A DNA stretch of 20,000 nt, from sequence record DRR723986_3005. One strand, written 5' to 3'. How positions within the stretch are numbered: the stretch's first letter is position 1; each line of letters starts with the position of its first letter. The position numbers and the translations under genes were made by a program. This document shows positions 1 through 9,316 of the stretch, piece by piece. Under the pieces are notes generated by a model. It did no database searches, was not told where the DNA came from, and was given only the letters and a program-made list of their open reading frames with translations.

Positions 1-1243
1 CTGCTTCCACGGCAAAGTCAGGCTTTGACTTTCGGCCAAAAGCCCCACCCAGCATGGTGGCCTCAACGTATATCTCTTCTGGTTTCTTGCCAACAAAGGC
101 GGCCACAGTATTTTGTACTGATTGTGGATCTTGGCAGCACACCCACATTTTCAAATCATCGCCGACCCACTCTGCAGTTGCAGCAGGCGGCTCCATTGGG
201 GCGTGATGTTGATGCGGCACAAAATAATCAGCCTCATAAGATTTGTCAGCCGACGCTAATGCAGCGTCTACATCACCGCGATTGAGAAAATTATTGTCCT
301 TCCCATCGATTGACTTCCAAAGCTCGGCTTCAAACTCAGTGGTGTCATAGCCAGCATTTGGGCCGTCTTCGAATTGCGCCTCTAGCGCCTCGCGGCCCTT
401 CATGGCAGCCCATGTGTTGGTTGCCAAAACCGCAACGCCGCCCAAAGGTTTAAACAGGGCCGGGAAAGCCAGCTCAGGCAGTTCAATAACATCCACAACA
501 CCGCTAACGGCCATGGCCGCTTCCTTATTATAACCCGAAAGCTTGCCGCCAACGACAGGCGGACGGGCGGCAACAGCAAACAACATGTTGTCGCGCATTA
601 CATCCTGCCCAAACTGTGAGCTACCGGTAATGATATCATTCATGTAGATATTGCGAACCGGGCGACCAATATATTGGCGCATATTTTTGGCTTTAAACAT
701 CAAGCTTTCCGGCGCAGGCACTGGCAATTTCGATGCAGCTTCAACAAAGTCAGCAAAGTCTGCGCTGTTGCCCGAAACTGTGTTAATCAACTTATGGTTT
801 TTCACGTCAACGTCTGCGGCAGCAATGCCCCAACGCGTCGCGGCTGCCCGTACTAACATAGCCCGGGCTGAGGCACCTGCCTGCTGAAACGCCGTAAAGA
901 ACATACGAATGGAGGTGGAGCCATCAGTATTCTGGTCACCAAACTTTTTGTCACCGTATGCCGGTAAAAAGTTAATTCTGTCCCAGTCAGCATCCAGCTC
1001 GTCTGCAATAATTTGCGGCAACCCAGTGCGGCTACCCTGCCCCATCTCAACCCGGTGGATGTCTATGTGTACTGTGCCTTCGCCATCAATCATCAAATAA
1101 ACCGAGCTTTTCAAGGCTTCACCGCCGTGCGCATCCGCGATAACTTTTTTGGAAACAACAGGTGCTACAAGCGCCAAACCTGTGACTGCGCCCATTCCCT
1201 GCAATACACCGCGGCGCGATACATTTTTCACATGCACTGTCAT
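1..1243 (-). CDS. Xanthine dehydrogenase family molybdopterin-binding subunit (IorB / isoquinoline 1-oxidoreductase beta-like), 5' part; runs off the window edge
   Basis: Missing from the ORF track because no stop lies in the window. Manual translation from ATG at 1243 gives [26 protein letters not shown]...[25 protein letters not shown]...[10 protein letters not shown]. This has a Tat-like SRRGVL signal and the EMGQG and ELDADW motifs of the IorB family. ATGA overlap with the upstream 2Fe-2S subunit stop. Confidence 0.9.
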   Translation of the reverse strand, partial: MTVHVKNVSRRGVLQGMGAVTGLALVAPVVSKKVIADAHGGEALKSSVYLMIDGEGTVHIDIHRVEMGQGSRTGLPQIIADELDADWDRINFLPAYGDKKFGDQNTDGSTSIRMFFTAFQQAGASARAMLVRAAATRWGIAAADVDVKNHKLINTVSGNSADFADFVEAASKLPVPAPESLMFKAKNMRQYIGRPVRNIYMNDIITGSSQFGQDVMRDNMLFAVAARPPVVGGKLSGYNKEAAMAVSGVVDVIELPELAFPALFKPLGGVAVLATNTWAAMKGREALEAQFEDGPNAGYDTTEFEAELWKSIDGKDNNFLNRGDVDAALASADKSYEADYFVPHQHHAPMEPPAATAEWVGDDLKMWVCCQDPQSVQNTVAAFVGKKPEEIYVEATMLGGAFGRKSKPDFAVEA

Positions 1244-1695
1244 GACTTGTCTCCCGCAACGTCGCGAATGGCCGCTTTAATGCGCTGATAGGTGCCACAC
1301 CGACAAATATTGCCGTACATGGCGTCGTCTATCTCTGCATCGGATGGATTAGGGTTTTCAGCTAAAAGCGACGCTGCCTGCATTATCTGACCCGCTTGGC
1401 AGTAACCACACTGAGGTACATCATGCTTCATCCAAGCTTCTTGCAAAGCATGAAGTTGGTCGCCATTTGCCAACCCTTCGATAGTGGTAACCGAAGCGCC
1501 TTCAACATCTGCCATAAAGGTTTGGCATGACCGAACTGCGACACCGTCCACATGCACCGTGCAAGCCCCGCACAAACCGGCACCGCACCCAAATTTACTG
1601 CCGGTTAGTCCAGCAATATCGCGCAAATACCACAAAAGCGGCATTTCCCCGTCGCCGCTATAGTCCATCGAACGCCCATTAACTGTGGTTTTCAT
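1240..1695 (-). CDS. (2Fe-2S)-binding small subunit of a molybdenum hydroxylase (IorA/CoxS family)
   Basis: Motifs [18 protein letters not shown] and [18 protein letters not shown] upstream; coupled to the large subunit gene. Confidence 0.95.
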   Translation of the reverse strand: MKTTVNGRSMDYSGDGEMPLLWYLRDIAGLTGSKFGCGAGLCGACTVHVDGVAVRSCQTFMADVEGASVTTIEGLANGDQLHALQEAWMKHDVPQCGYCQAGQIMQAASLLAENPNPSDAEIDDAMYGNICRCGTYQRIKAAIRDVAGDKS

Positions 1696-1779
1696 GCTGT
1701 CCCTCCCGCAGACTCAATTAATTCTCTTGTTACTATAGTGCCTAGACATGGTGTGTCTGGCAATTAAACTTTCTGTCAT

Positions 1780-2571
1780 TCATGCCGCCTGGCCTGGTGC
1801 AGGCTGAGGGCGTTTGAAAACCCATTTGGTCTCAGTGGAATCCGCCGAACTAAATTTGTAGCCGCCGCCATTAAAATTCTTCAGGTCTTCAGGGTTGTTT
1901 ATTTCATTGTCGACAACATAACGCGCCATCATGCCGCGGGCTTTTTTTGCTAAAAACGAAATAACCCGCGCCTTACCCTCTTTCACGTCCTGAAAAACAG
2001 GTGTGATAACCGGTGCTTTAAGCGCTTTTACCGGCACAGCTTTAAAATATTCATTCGACGCCAAATTAATAAGCACCGGATGTTCATGGCCTGACAGGTC
2101 TTTATCAATAGCTTTAGCGAGGCGGTCGCCCCAGAATTCGTATAGGTTTTTACCGCGGTCATTGTTAAAGCGTGTGCCCATTTCGAGCCGGTAAGCCTGC
2201 ATAAGGTCTAGTGGGTTCAGAAGACCGTATAAGCCCGACAAGATGCGAATATGCTCATTGGCGAAATCGCGCCCGGCATCGCTTAATGATTTTGCGTCAA
2301 ACCCCACATAAACATCACCCTGAAAAGCATCAATGGCAGGCCGGGCATTTGCTGGCGTAAAAGGTGGCTTAAACGCCTTAAAACGCGCCACATTCAGGTC
2401 GGCCAACTGTTCAGAGATGCCCATCATCGCCTGCAGGTCCTGGCTTTTCAATTTTTTTGCTTTCACTGCCAATTTTTTTGCCTGAGAGAGAAAGCGAGGC
2501 GACATGGAAGAAGATGATAGATTTTCACTTTCAAAATCCAATTTCTTCGCAGGCGAAAGAACAAGTAACAT
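1780..2571 (-). CDS. yaaA: Peroxide stress protein YaaA (UPF0246)
   Basis: MLLVLSPAKKLD start, ILSGLYGLL.PLDLMQAYRLEMG, NLASNEYFKAV and AKKARGMMARY are YaaA signatures. Start moved to ATG 2571, which has GGAG upstream. Confidence 0.95.
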   Translation of the reverse strand: MLLVLSPAKKLDFESENLSSSSMSPRFLSQAKKLAVKAKKLKSQDLQAMMGISEQLADLNVARFKAFKPPFTPANARPAIDAFQGDVYVGFDAKSLSDAGRDFANEHIRILSGLYGLLNPLDLMQAYRLEMGTRFNNDRGKNLYEFWGDRLAKAIDKDLSGHEHPVLINLASNEYFKAVPVKALKAPVITPVFQDVKEGKARVISFLAKKARGMMARYVVDNEINNPEDLKNFNGGGYKFSSADSTETKWVFKRPQPAPGQAA

Positions 2572-2616
2572 TAGAGAGCACTCCAAAAATAATCAGCTTA
2601 AATGACACTTTAGTTT

Positions 2617-3933
2617 TTACGGCGTTACGGTGCCAGCGGTTTTAGCCTTTGCCGCCCAAAGGATAGTCACCACGGTGGCCAAAACAAGCAGAATAAACGC
2701 TGTTTGATTCACAATTACCCAACCAAAATACCGTAGAATTGCTCCCGCCGCCAACGAAGCGATAGCGGAAGAACCAAATACCAGCATTTCATTCAACCCC
2801 TGCACACGGCCACGCTCGACGGTGGTATGTACTTTCGTTAGCAAGGTTGTGCCCCCTACATAGCAGAAGTTCCAGCCCAGCCCCAAGGCGATAAGCGCCA
2901 ATGAAAAATTGCCTAACTGAATACCCGACAACGCCGTAATAAACGCAATGGCAAAAAACGTATGGCCCGCAAACAAAATAGGCAAAACGCCAAACCTTAT
3001 GATGAGGCTGCCAGTAAACAAGCTTGGTAAAAACATTGCAATAACGTGAGCTGAAATAACCTTTGTGCTGGTGCTGCTGGAAAAGCCGCAAAAATCGACC
3101 ATTGCAATGGGTGTTGCCGTCATCACAAAAACCATCATGGCGTAACCAAGTGCGCCGTTTACAGCCGCGGCAACAAAGGCAGGCTGCTTTGCAATAACCA
3201 ACAAGGGCCGCGCTGTTTCCTGTACTTCAGCTGGGACATCATCGCCAGATGGAGGGCTTGCACAGTTAGAAACTGGTGTTTTTAAAAGCGACAATGGCAC
3301 CAAAGCCAAAACACCGACACAGGCCGTGAAAACAAAGGCCCCAACAAAAGTATAGGGCAACAGCGTGTCAATAAAAAAGCCGCTTCCAAACGGGGCAAGT
3401 AGTGCGGCAAAAATACCCCCAATAAGAACTAGCGAGATTGCTCGGGGCGCTTTGGTGGGACTAACGCTTTCACCAGCGGCAAACCGGTAATATTGCGCGC
3501 TTGCCTGAAACGGGCCGATAAAAAGCGTAGCAGCACAAAATAAAATAAAATTCTCGAAGTAAAGCCCGGAAGCGGCGATTAGAGCACCAAAAATACCGCT
3601 TAACGCACTGAGGATAAAAACGCGACGACGGGAATATTTTTGCATCAAAATTGACAACGGACCTGTCGAAAGCGCAACCACGATCATGCTCATAGACACA
3701 GGTAAGGTTGCCAGCGCCGGATCACCTGCGATCATACGGCCTGCCAACCCCGCAAAAGCAATAAACGTCATGCTGGTTGCGGTAAAACAGGCCTGAGATG
3801 CCATAAGCAAATAGACATTTGCGCCGGTGTTTTGGGTGGGCGCAGAAACAAGGCGCTCAGATGAAGCAGACGCAACTGCGCCAGATGTTTCTGGCAGCAA
3901 TTTTGACGATGCTTTTGATTTACCGTTAGACAT
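2617..3933 (-). CDS. MFS transporter
   Basis: About 12 hydrophobic segments; YRFAAGE, GLGWNFCYVGGTTLL and ERGRVQGLNE motifs typical of an MFS_1 subfamily. Confidence 0.88.
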   Translation of the reverse strand: MSNGKSKASSKLLPETSGAVASASSERLVSAPTQNTGANVYLLMASQACFTATSMTFIAFAGLAGRMIAGDPALATLPVSMSMIVVALSTGPLSILMQKYSRRRVFILSALSGIFGALIAASGLYFENFILFCAATLFIGPFQASAQYYRFAAGESVSPTKAPRAISLVLIGGIFAALLAPFGSGFFIDTLLPYTFVGAFVFTACVGVLALVPLSLLKTPVSNCASPPSGDDVPAEVQETARPLLVIAKQPAFVAAAVNGALGYAMMVFVMTATPIAMVDFCGFSSSTSTKVISAHVIAMFLPSLFTGSLIIRFGVLPILFAGHTFFAIAFITALSGIQLGNFSLALIALGLGWNFCYVGGTTLLTKVHTTVERGRVQGLNEMLVFGSSAIASLAAGAILRYFGWVIVNQTAFILLVLATVVTILWAAKAKTAGTVTP

Positions 3934-4043
3934 ACTTACCCCGAAAAACCCCGCTGCCGTACAGTACCATGGTTTTTGAGATTAGATGCAGTGATTTTTT
4001 GATGTTAGATCGCAAACAAATTATCAATGAAGACTGACTCAAA

Positions 4044-5648
4044 TCAGGCAGATTCCTGCTCTAACTTAACCCGAGATTTTGGAATGATGATCGTAAACTT
4101 CGTGCCGCTTTGATCGTTACTTTCAACTGTAATTTCGCCTTCGTGCATATCAACAAAAGCTTTCACCAAAGACAAACCAAGGCCTGTGCCTTCATGATTA
4201 CGGCTAAGGGCTGTCGAAGACCGGACAAAGGGCGAGAATATAATTTCTTGCTCTTCTTCAGGGATACCGATGCCTCGATCTTGTACGCTGATCTGAAGAC
4301 TACCGTCACTGTTCACCCCGGCTTCCAGCAACACATTCTTTGACCTTTCTGGCGTAAATTTAACTGCATTGGTCAATAAATTTAGAACAGACTGTTTTAA
4401 GCGGAGCCTGTCTCCATAGATAAGAGGCAACGACTCTGGAATTTGCAGATCAACGCCGATGTTCTTTTGAGATGCTTGGCCCGCAATCAGTGCCTGACTT
4501 TCGCGCAGCATACGCGGGACATCGACATATTCTTCTTCTATCTGAAACTGACCCGCTTCAATTTTGGCCAAATCAAGCACTTCACCCAAAACATCAGACA
4601 AATGCTCGCTGGAAGACCGAATATCCGTTAAATATTCACGGTATTTATCGTGACCAATAGGGCCAAACATTTGGTCGGACATGATGCTGGAAAAACCAAT
4701 AATGGCATTCAAAGGGGTGCGAAGCTCGTGGCTTACATTGGCCAAAAATACACTTTTAGCTCGGTTTGCAGCCTCTGCTTGCTCTTTGGTCAAAATTAAC
4801 TCAACTGATGTCTTACGAGCACGCTCCACCTCCTGCTCCAATTCCCAAGACCGTTTGCGCAAAGTCTCTTCTGATGACGAAAGTGCCTTGTTTGTAGATC
4901 GGTGGTTATCGAGCAGAACCTGCACTGCATCGAGCGAAAGATTAATTTGCTCCGCTAACATGCCCACTTCATCATTCTTGTGTCGCTTGTGAACGGTAAT
5001 GCGCTGCTCACCGGGGCGTTCAGGATCTATTTCAGATACTTCTTCCACAATTTGGGTAAGCGGTTTTGTAAGGCCTTGATGAAACGCAAAATACAAAAGC
5101 ATCACAAGCAGCATGTTGCGCACCAGACCCGACAAAAACGTTGTCGTGGCCCTTGCGAAAAAAGGTTGGAGACCGACGGCCCGGTCGATCACGACACGCA
5201 AACTACCCGGCCGTTCTGCCATAGAGTCTGGCAAGTTAAGCCGGTACTCATGAGTTGAAGTATCGTCAATTAGAACCCGAGCATAATTAACGCTGTTTGA
5301 ACTGAGCGAATTGGTATCCCTGCTGCTACCAGCCAGAACACTGCCTAAGTCATCCAATATCGCGGCTTCAGCAACATAATCGTAAACCATTAGGCCAGAG
5401 ACAACCTCTTGCGCTAGCTCGCTATCCAAAATTAAAACTGCGCGTGTTGCAGCGTTTTCTGCAACTTTCAGGCTTTCCTGCACCTTCTGGTCCAGAACCC
5501 CACCTTCTTCAAGGTAATCCAGATAAACTTGACCAGCAGACAGCACAAAACCAACAGCGAACGCGATTATCACCGCTGTTCGCGCCAACTTGAAGGAAAT
5601 TTTGTCGTTCCAGTTTAGTTTCAAACGGCTACCTTTTCGCCCACTCAA
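4044..5648 (-). CDS. Membrane-bound HAMP-domain sensor histidine kinase
   Basis: Two TM segments around a periplasmic region, a HAMP region (LTKPL...DEVGMLA), H-box SHELRTPLNAIIGF, N-box NLLTNAVKFT and G-boxes DRGIGI and GTGLGL. TTG start is uncertain. Confidence 0.93.
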   Translation of the reverse strand: MSGRKGSRLKLNWNDKISFKLARTAVIIAFAVGFVLSAGQVYLDYLEEGGVLDQKVQESLKVAENAATRAVLILDSELAQEVVSGLMVYDYVAEAAILDDLGSVLAGSSRDTNSLSSNSVNYARVLIDDTSTHEYRLNLPDSMAERPGSLRVVIDRAVGLQPFFARATTTFLSGLVRNMLLVMLLYFAFHQGLTKPLTQIVEEVSEIDPERPGEQRITVHKRHKNDEVGMLAEQINLSLDAVQVLLDNHRSTNKALSSSEETLRKRSWELEQEVERARKTSVELILTKEQAEAANRAKSVFLANVSHELRTPLNAIIGFSSIMSDQMFGPIGHDKYREYLTDIRSSSEHLSDVLGEVLDLAKIEAGQFQIEEEYVDVPRMLRESQALIAGQASQKNIGVDLQIPESLPLIYGDRLRLKQSVLNLLTNAVKFTPERSKNVLLEAGVNSDGSLQISVQDRGIGIPEEEQEIIFSPFVRSSTALSRNHEGTGLGLSLVKAFVDMHEGEITVESNDQSGTKFTIIIPKSRVKLEQESA

Positions 5649-5770
5649 GCATCACCTTATAAGCCTTGAGAAGAATAAAATTTCGGTTAATCTTAATCAT
5701 ATTTTGAGGGCTATTACCTAATTATTGAAAATCGACAATACCCATAGTTGTATTACACAATTTTAAGATT

Positions 5771-6190
5771 CTACCATTTACCGGTGTTTGGCATTGATAA
5801 CCATGGCTCCATCGGCTCTAAAGCCTCGCCTTTCTGTAATAATTCAATGGATATATTGTCTGGACTACGAATAAAGGCCATTCTACCATCGCGGGGCGGC
5901 CTATTGATTGTTACGCCTTGTTGCATAAGTGATTCGCAGAGCTCATATATATTATCAACCGCATAAGCCAAATGACCAAAGTTTCTGCCTTCCCCTAACT
6001 TTTCAGCGTCCCAATTGTAGGTCAATTCTACCTGCGCGTCTTCATCACCCGGTGCAGCAAGGAAAACAAGCGTGAACCGACCGGCCGGAACATCCTTGCG
6101 GCCAACCTCAACCAAACCAAACTTATTGCAGTAAAAATCAAGCGATGCTTCCAAGTCGGTTACACGAACCATAGTGTGAAGATATTTCAT
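5771..6190 (-). CDS. gloA: Lactoylglutathione lyase (glyoxalase I, VOC family)
   Basis: [21 protein letters not shown] and [22 protein letters not shown] motifs. Confidence 0.92.
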   Translation of the reverse strand: MKYLHTMVRVTDLEASLDFYCNKFGLVEVGRKDVPAGRFTLVFLAAPGDEDAQVELTYNWDAEKLGEGRNFGHLAYAVDNIYELCESLMQQGVTINRPPRDGRMAFIRSPDNISIELLQKGEALEPMEPWLSMPNTGKW

Positions 6191-6242
6191 TATCTAACTT
6201 TCTATAATTTAACGACGTTCAACTACGCGTCAGATCAGATGT

Positions 6243-6716
6243 TCATCCAGCGAAAATTGCCGCAACCATGCGCTCAAGGTTGTCTCTGTCTACATCGTCA
6301 AAAGCGCCAAATTCGGTTGAATCTACATCCAGCACAGCTAATAACTTACCAGTTGAATCGACCACAGGCACCACAATCTCAGAATTGGTTCTACTGTCAC
6401 AGGCAATGTGATTTTTCACAGCGTGAACATCTTCAACTATTTGGGTTTCAAGGGTGGAGGCCGCGGTGCCGCATACCCCGCGCCCAAACTCAATTCTCAA
6501 ACACCCCAGCGTTCCCTGATAAGGCCCAACCACCAACTCATTGTTTTTGGTTTCGTCTACAATATAAAAGCCCGTCCAGAAAAACCGTTCTGGGAAAGCT
6601 TCCGCCAGCAAACATGAAATGGTGGCCATGCGTGCGGTTTGGTTTTCCTCACCGTCCAATACAGCGATAATTTGCCCGATTACAGTATCGTAAGCTGCCT
6701 GCTTATTCGTTGTCAT
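6243..6716 (-). CDS. GAF-domain protein, free methionine-(R)-sulfoxide reductase (MsrC/fRMsr-like)
   Basis: WTGFY, GPYQGTLGCLRI.FGRGVCG, HIACD and SEIVVP...LDVDS motifs. Start assumed at MTTNKQ (6716), overlapping the GNAT stop region. Confidence 0.85.
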   Translation of the reverse strand: MTTNKQAAYDTVIGQIIAVLDGEENQTARMATISCLLAEAFPERFFWTGFYIVDETKNNELVVGPYQGTLGCLRIEFGRGVCGTAASTLETQIVEDVHAVKNHIACDSRTNSEIVVPVVDSTGKLLAVLDVDSTEFGAFDDVDRDNLERMVAAIFAG

Positions 6717-7197
6717 ACTTTGCACCATAGTTTGCTAGTGTTTTATAGGCTTCGCCGCGAATAGAAAAATGCACCACACCGTCTTCCCTGTTAGCCCCCA
6801 AATGGTCATAAAAGCCCAAGGCAACATCATTGTCGTCCAGGGCCGACCATTCCATTCGTTCGCAATTCATTGCCAAAGCCTGCCGCGCCAAAAACGCTAG
6901 AAAACGTTTCCCTGCACCACCGCCGCGATACGCTTGGCGCACCAGCATATCTTCAATGTAAAGGTAGCGTGTACCGCGAAAACTGGAGAAACGTTCTGCT
7001 ACAATTGCATAGGCCACACACTGTTCGCCCACATATCCCAAATAGGCATCAGCCAACGCCCTGTCACCGAAAAGCAAACCCTGTATTGTTTCAGCGTTTA
7101 TGGTAGCCAACTCTGGGCGGCCTTCATGATTGGCCAATTCAGCGACAAATTCACACAATAAGGCAGCATCTGCCGGTTCAGCGGCGCGAATGTCCAT
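6703..7197 (-). CDS. GNAT family N-acetyltransferase (SSAT/diamine acetyltransferase-like)
   Basis: LYIEDMLV...YRGGGAG acetyl-CoA motif A, RMEWSALDDN..ALGFY. Start at ATG 7197, with GAGG upstream. Confidence 0.85.
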   Translation of the reverse strand: MDIRAAEPADAALLCEFVAELANHEGRPELATINAETIQGLLFGDRALADAYLGYVGEQCVAYAIVAERFSSFRGTRYLYIEDMLVRQAYRGGGAGKRFLAFLARQALAMNCERMEWSALDDNDVALGFYDHLGANREDGVVHFSIRGEAYKTLANYGAKYDNE

Positions 7198-7365
7198 TTT
7201 TTGCCCTCGGTTTTTAATCATGTTCACTGATCAATTCTTTTCATCTTCAACTTAGCTCTCTAGCCACAGGTTTAATATGCGTCTAAACTGTCAAATAACA
7301 GCGTACAATTTCTACATTGTTATGCAAAACTTCAATTTATCAAGAAACCTTTAGGGTGAGAAACC

Positions 7366-7929
7366 ATGAACAGACACATATTCTTCAGCGTTATCCTGAT
7401 CGCTTTTTCGCATGTTGCTATCGCAGGCGATACCCAACCGCTACCTGAGAAGGTTGACGCCACTGGCTTCCAAGATGTTTTGGCAAAAACTGGTGATGTA
7501 TACATCGCAGGACAGCCTTCTGTGGCCGGGCTGGAGCGCATGGCAAAAGACGGCGTAAAAACCGTTGTAAGCTTTCGCACGCCAGGCGAAATGGACAACC
7601 GAAATATCGTGCCATTTGATGAAGCCGCAAAAGCAAAAGAATTGGGCATGAATTATGTCAATATTCCGCTTGGAGGTGACAAGCACCCCTACTCGCCTGA
7701 AGCATTGGCTGAATTTGCTAAAGTGATGAACGACGCCGACGGAAAAACACTTATTCACTGCACGGTCGCATGGCGTGCCAGCCACATGTGGGCAGCATAC
7801 CTGACCAAATATAAGGGCATGGACATCAATGAGGCCGCCGCGCATGGAAGGGCCGCAAACATGGGTACGCAACCGCTTGAAGGCCTGCTTGGCGGCGAGG
7901 TAAAATATAGCGTCGCTGAGAAGCCTTAA
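7366..7929 (+). CDS. Exported DUF442/TIGR01244-type (phosphatase-fold / sulfur transferase-like) protein
   Basis: N-terminal signal peptide (ends ...VAIA), GQP motif, YVNIP and active-loop HCTVAWRA (CX4R). Confidence 0.75.
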   Translation: MNRHIFFSVILIAFSHVAIAGDTQPLPEKVDATGFQDVLAKTGDVYIAGQPSVAGLERMAKDGVKTVVSFRTPGEMDNRNIVPFDEAAKAKELGMNYVNIPLGGDKHPYSPEALAEFAKVMNDADGKTLIHCTVAWRASHMWAAYLTKYKGMDINEAAAHGRAANMGTQPLEGLLGGEVKYSVAEKP

Positions 7930-7941
7930 AACTTCGGTGGC

Positions 7942-9069
7942 CTAGCCGTTATGGCCTGCAGCAAGTGAAGCGGAAAGCCCCTCAAGGCAACGCTTCACAC
8001 TTGCAGGCCGTGCGGCATTACCCATAAGGCCTATACGCCAAATTTTGCCCGCAAGCGGGCCAAGCCCGGCACCAATTTCGATGCCATGATCATTCAGCAT
8101 ACGCCCACGCACTGCGGCTTCATCAACACCGTCTGGCACCGACACAGCGTTCAATTGCGGTAGCCGAACTGCTTGGCTCACCAACAAAGACAGGCCCAAA
8201 TCCTTCAACCCGGAGACCAACAGCTCATGCGCTTCGCGGTGTCTCGCCCATGTAGCCTCAAGGCCTTCTTCAAACAGCATTACCAGCGACTCGTGCAAGC
8301 CGTATAGCGCATTAACTGGCGCGGTATGATGATAACTGCGGCCGCCCTCGCCTTCCCAGTAATCCATCACCAAAGTAAGATCCAAAAACCAGCTACGCAC
8401 CAATGACTTTCTGGCCTTGATTTTCTCCAGCGCCGCCTCTGAAAATGAAACAGGCGACAAGCCCGGCGTGCAAGACAGGCATTTCTGCGAGCCAGAATAA
8501 ATGGCGTCAATGCCCCATGCGTCAACCTCTACCTGAATACCGCCAAGGCTAGTCACAGCATCGACAATACTGAGGCAATTATATTTCTTTGCAAGGGCAC
8601 ATAACGCTGCGGCATCAGCGCATACACCTGTTGATGTTTCTGCATGCACAAAGGCCAATATTTTAGCCTCAGGATTGCCTTTCAACGCTTCTTCAACTTT
8701 GGCTGGGTCCGGCGCTGTACCCCATTCCACGTCAACCAACACCGGCACGCCGCCTGAACGCAAAACATTTTGGCGCATGCGTTCACCGAACACGCCGTTT
8801 TTCACAACAACGACAACATCGCCCTCTTCTACCAAATTCACGAAACACATTTCCATGCCCGCAGAACCCGGTGCCGACACAGGAAAAGTCATGCGATTTT
8901 CGGTTTTAAAAAGCGCTTTCAATCCGCCTTTGATTTCTTCCATAAGGCCTTGAAAGTCGGGATCAAGGTGGCCCAATGTTGGCCTGGCCATTGCCTCCAG
9001 AATACGAGGGTGAACGTCAGAAGGGCCGGGCCCCATAAGCAATCTTTTTTCTGGGTGAAATGACTTCAT
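7942..9069 (-). CDS. Alanine--glyoxylate / serine--pyruvate aminotransferase (PLP class V)
   Basis: LLMGPGPS, HAETSTG, DAVTSLGG, PLP lysine in SGSQKCL, YHHT and WRIGLMG. Start at ATG 9069 after AGGAG. Confidence 0.92.
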   Translation of the reverse strand: MKSFHPEKRLLMGPGPSDVHPRILEAMARPTLGHLDPDFQGLMEEIKGGLKALFKTENRMTFPVSAPGSAGMEMCFVNLVEEGDVVVVVKNGVFGERMRQNVLRSGGVPVLVDVEWGTAPDPAKVEEALKGNPEAKILAFVHAETSTGVCADAAALCALAKKYNCLSIVDAVTSLGGIQVEVDAWGIDAIYSGSQKCLSCTPGLSPVSFSEAALEKIKARKSLVRSWFLDLTLVMDYWEGEGGRSYHHTAPVNALYGLHESLVMLFEEGLEATWARHREAHELLVSGLKDLGLSLLVSQAVRLPQLNAVSVPDGVDEAAVRGRMLNDHGIEIGAGLGPLAGKIWRIGLMGNAARPASVKRCLEGLSASLAAGHNG

Positions 9070-9157
9070 GGCGAGCTCCTGTGTAACGGGTTTCGGCACA
9101 GATGTAGCGCACGCACAGACAATGTAAAGCAACAACCGAGAATATATGTTCATCAAC

Positions 9158-9194
9158 TGTACGAAATCGAACAATATCTGTTCGTTTCTGAACA
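9158..9194 (+). promoter_or_regulatory. Tandem TGT-N10-ACA imperfect palindromes, candidate enhancer (UAS) for a sigma54 activator
   Basis: TGTACGAAATCGAACA (9158-9173) and TGTTCGTTTCTGAACA (9179-9194) start 21 bp apart, about 70-110 bp upstream of the -24 box. Confidence 0.6.
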
Positions 9195-9265
9195 ACCATA
9201 AAATAAGCTTTCGCTTATGGCGCGTTAAAACGCTGATATCACTTGGTTTTCACAAACAGTTTTCA

Positions 9266-9281
9266 TGGCACATTCTTTGCT
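9266..9281 (+). promoter_or_regulatory. Sigma54 (RpoN) -24/-12 promoter
   Basis: TGGCAC-ATTCT-TTGCT matches TGGCAC-N5-TTGCW with exact GG/GC spacing and ends 36 bp before the permease ATG. Confidence 0.8.
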
Positions 9282-9316
9282 CTTTATTTGTGCATAATAA
9301 TGCGGGGAGCAAAAAG

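Noticed and set aside
25-1288. Several short ORFs (mostly plus-strand) in the track
   Set aside because: They are shadows of the minus-strand IorB-like gene.
1741-1760. Imperfect inverted repeat between yaaA and the 2Fe-2S gene
   Set aside because: It is short and imperfect with no adjacent U-tract, so I cannot distinguish operator, terminator or chance.
5680-5705. Possible CtrA box upstream of the histidine kinase
   Set aside because: The TTAA half-sites are not spaced by 7 nt; only a half-site is present, in AT-rich DNA.
9146-9316. N-terminal extension of the 878-aa permease ORF, and the matching extension of the aminotransferase ORF to 9195
   Set aside because: Both run through the divergent regulatory region. 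Better starts with RBS exist at 9317 and 9069, and the sigma54 promoter lies inside the extension.
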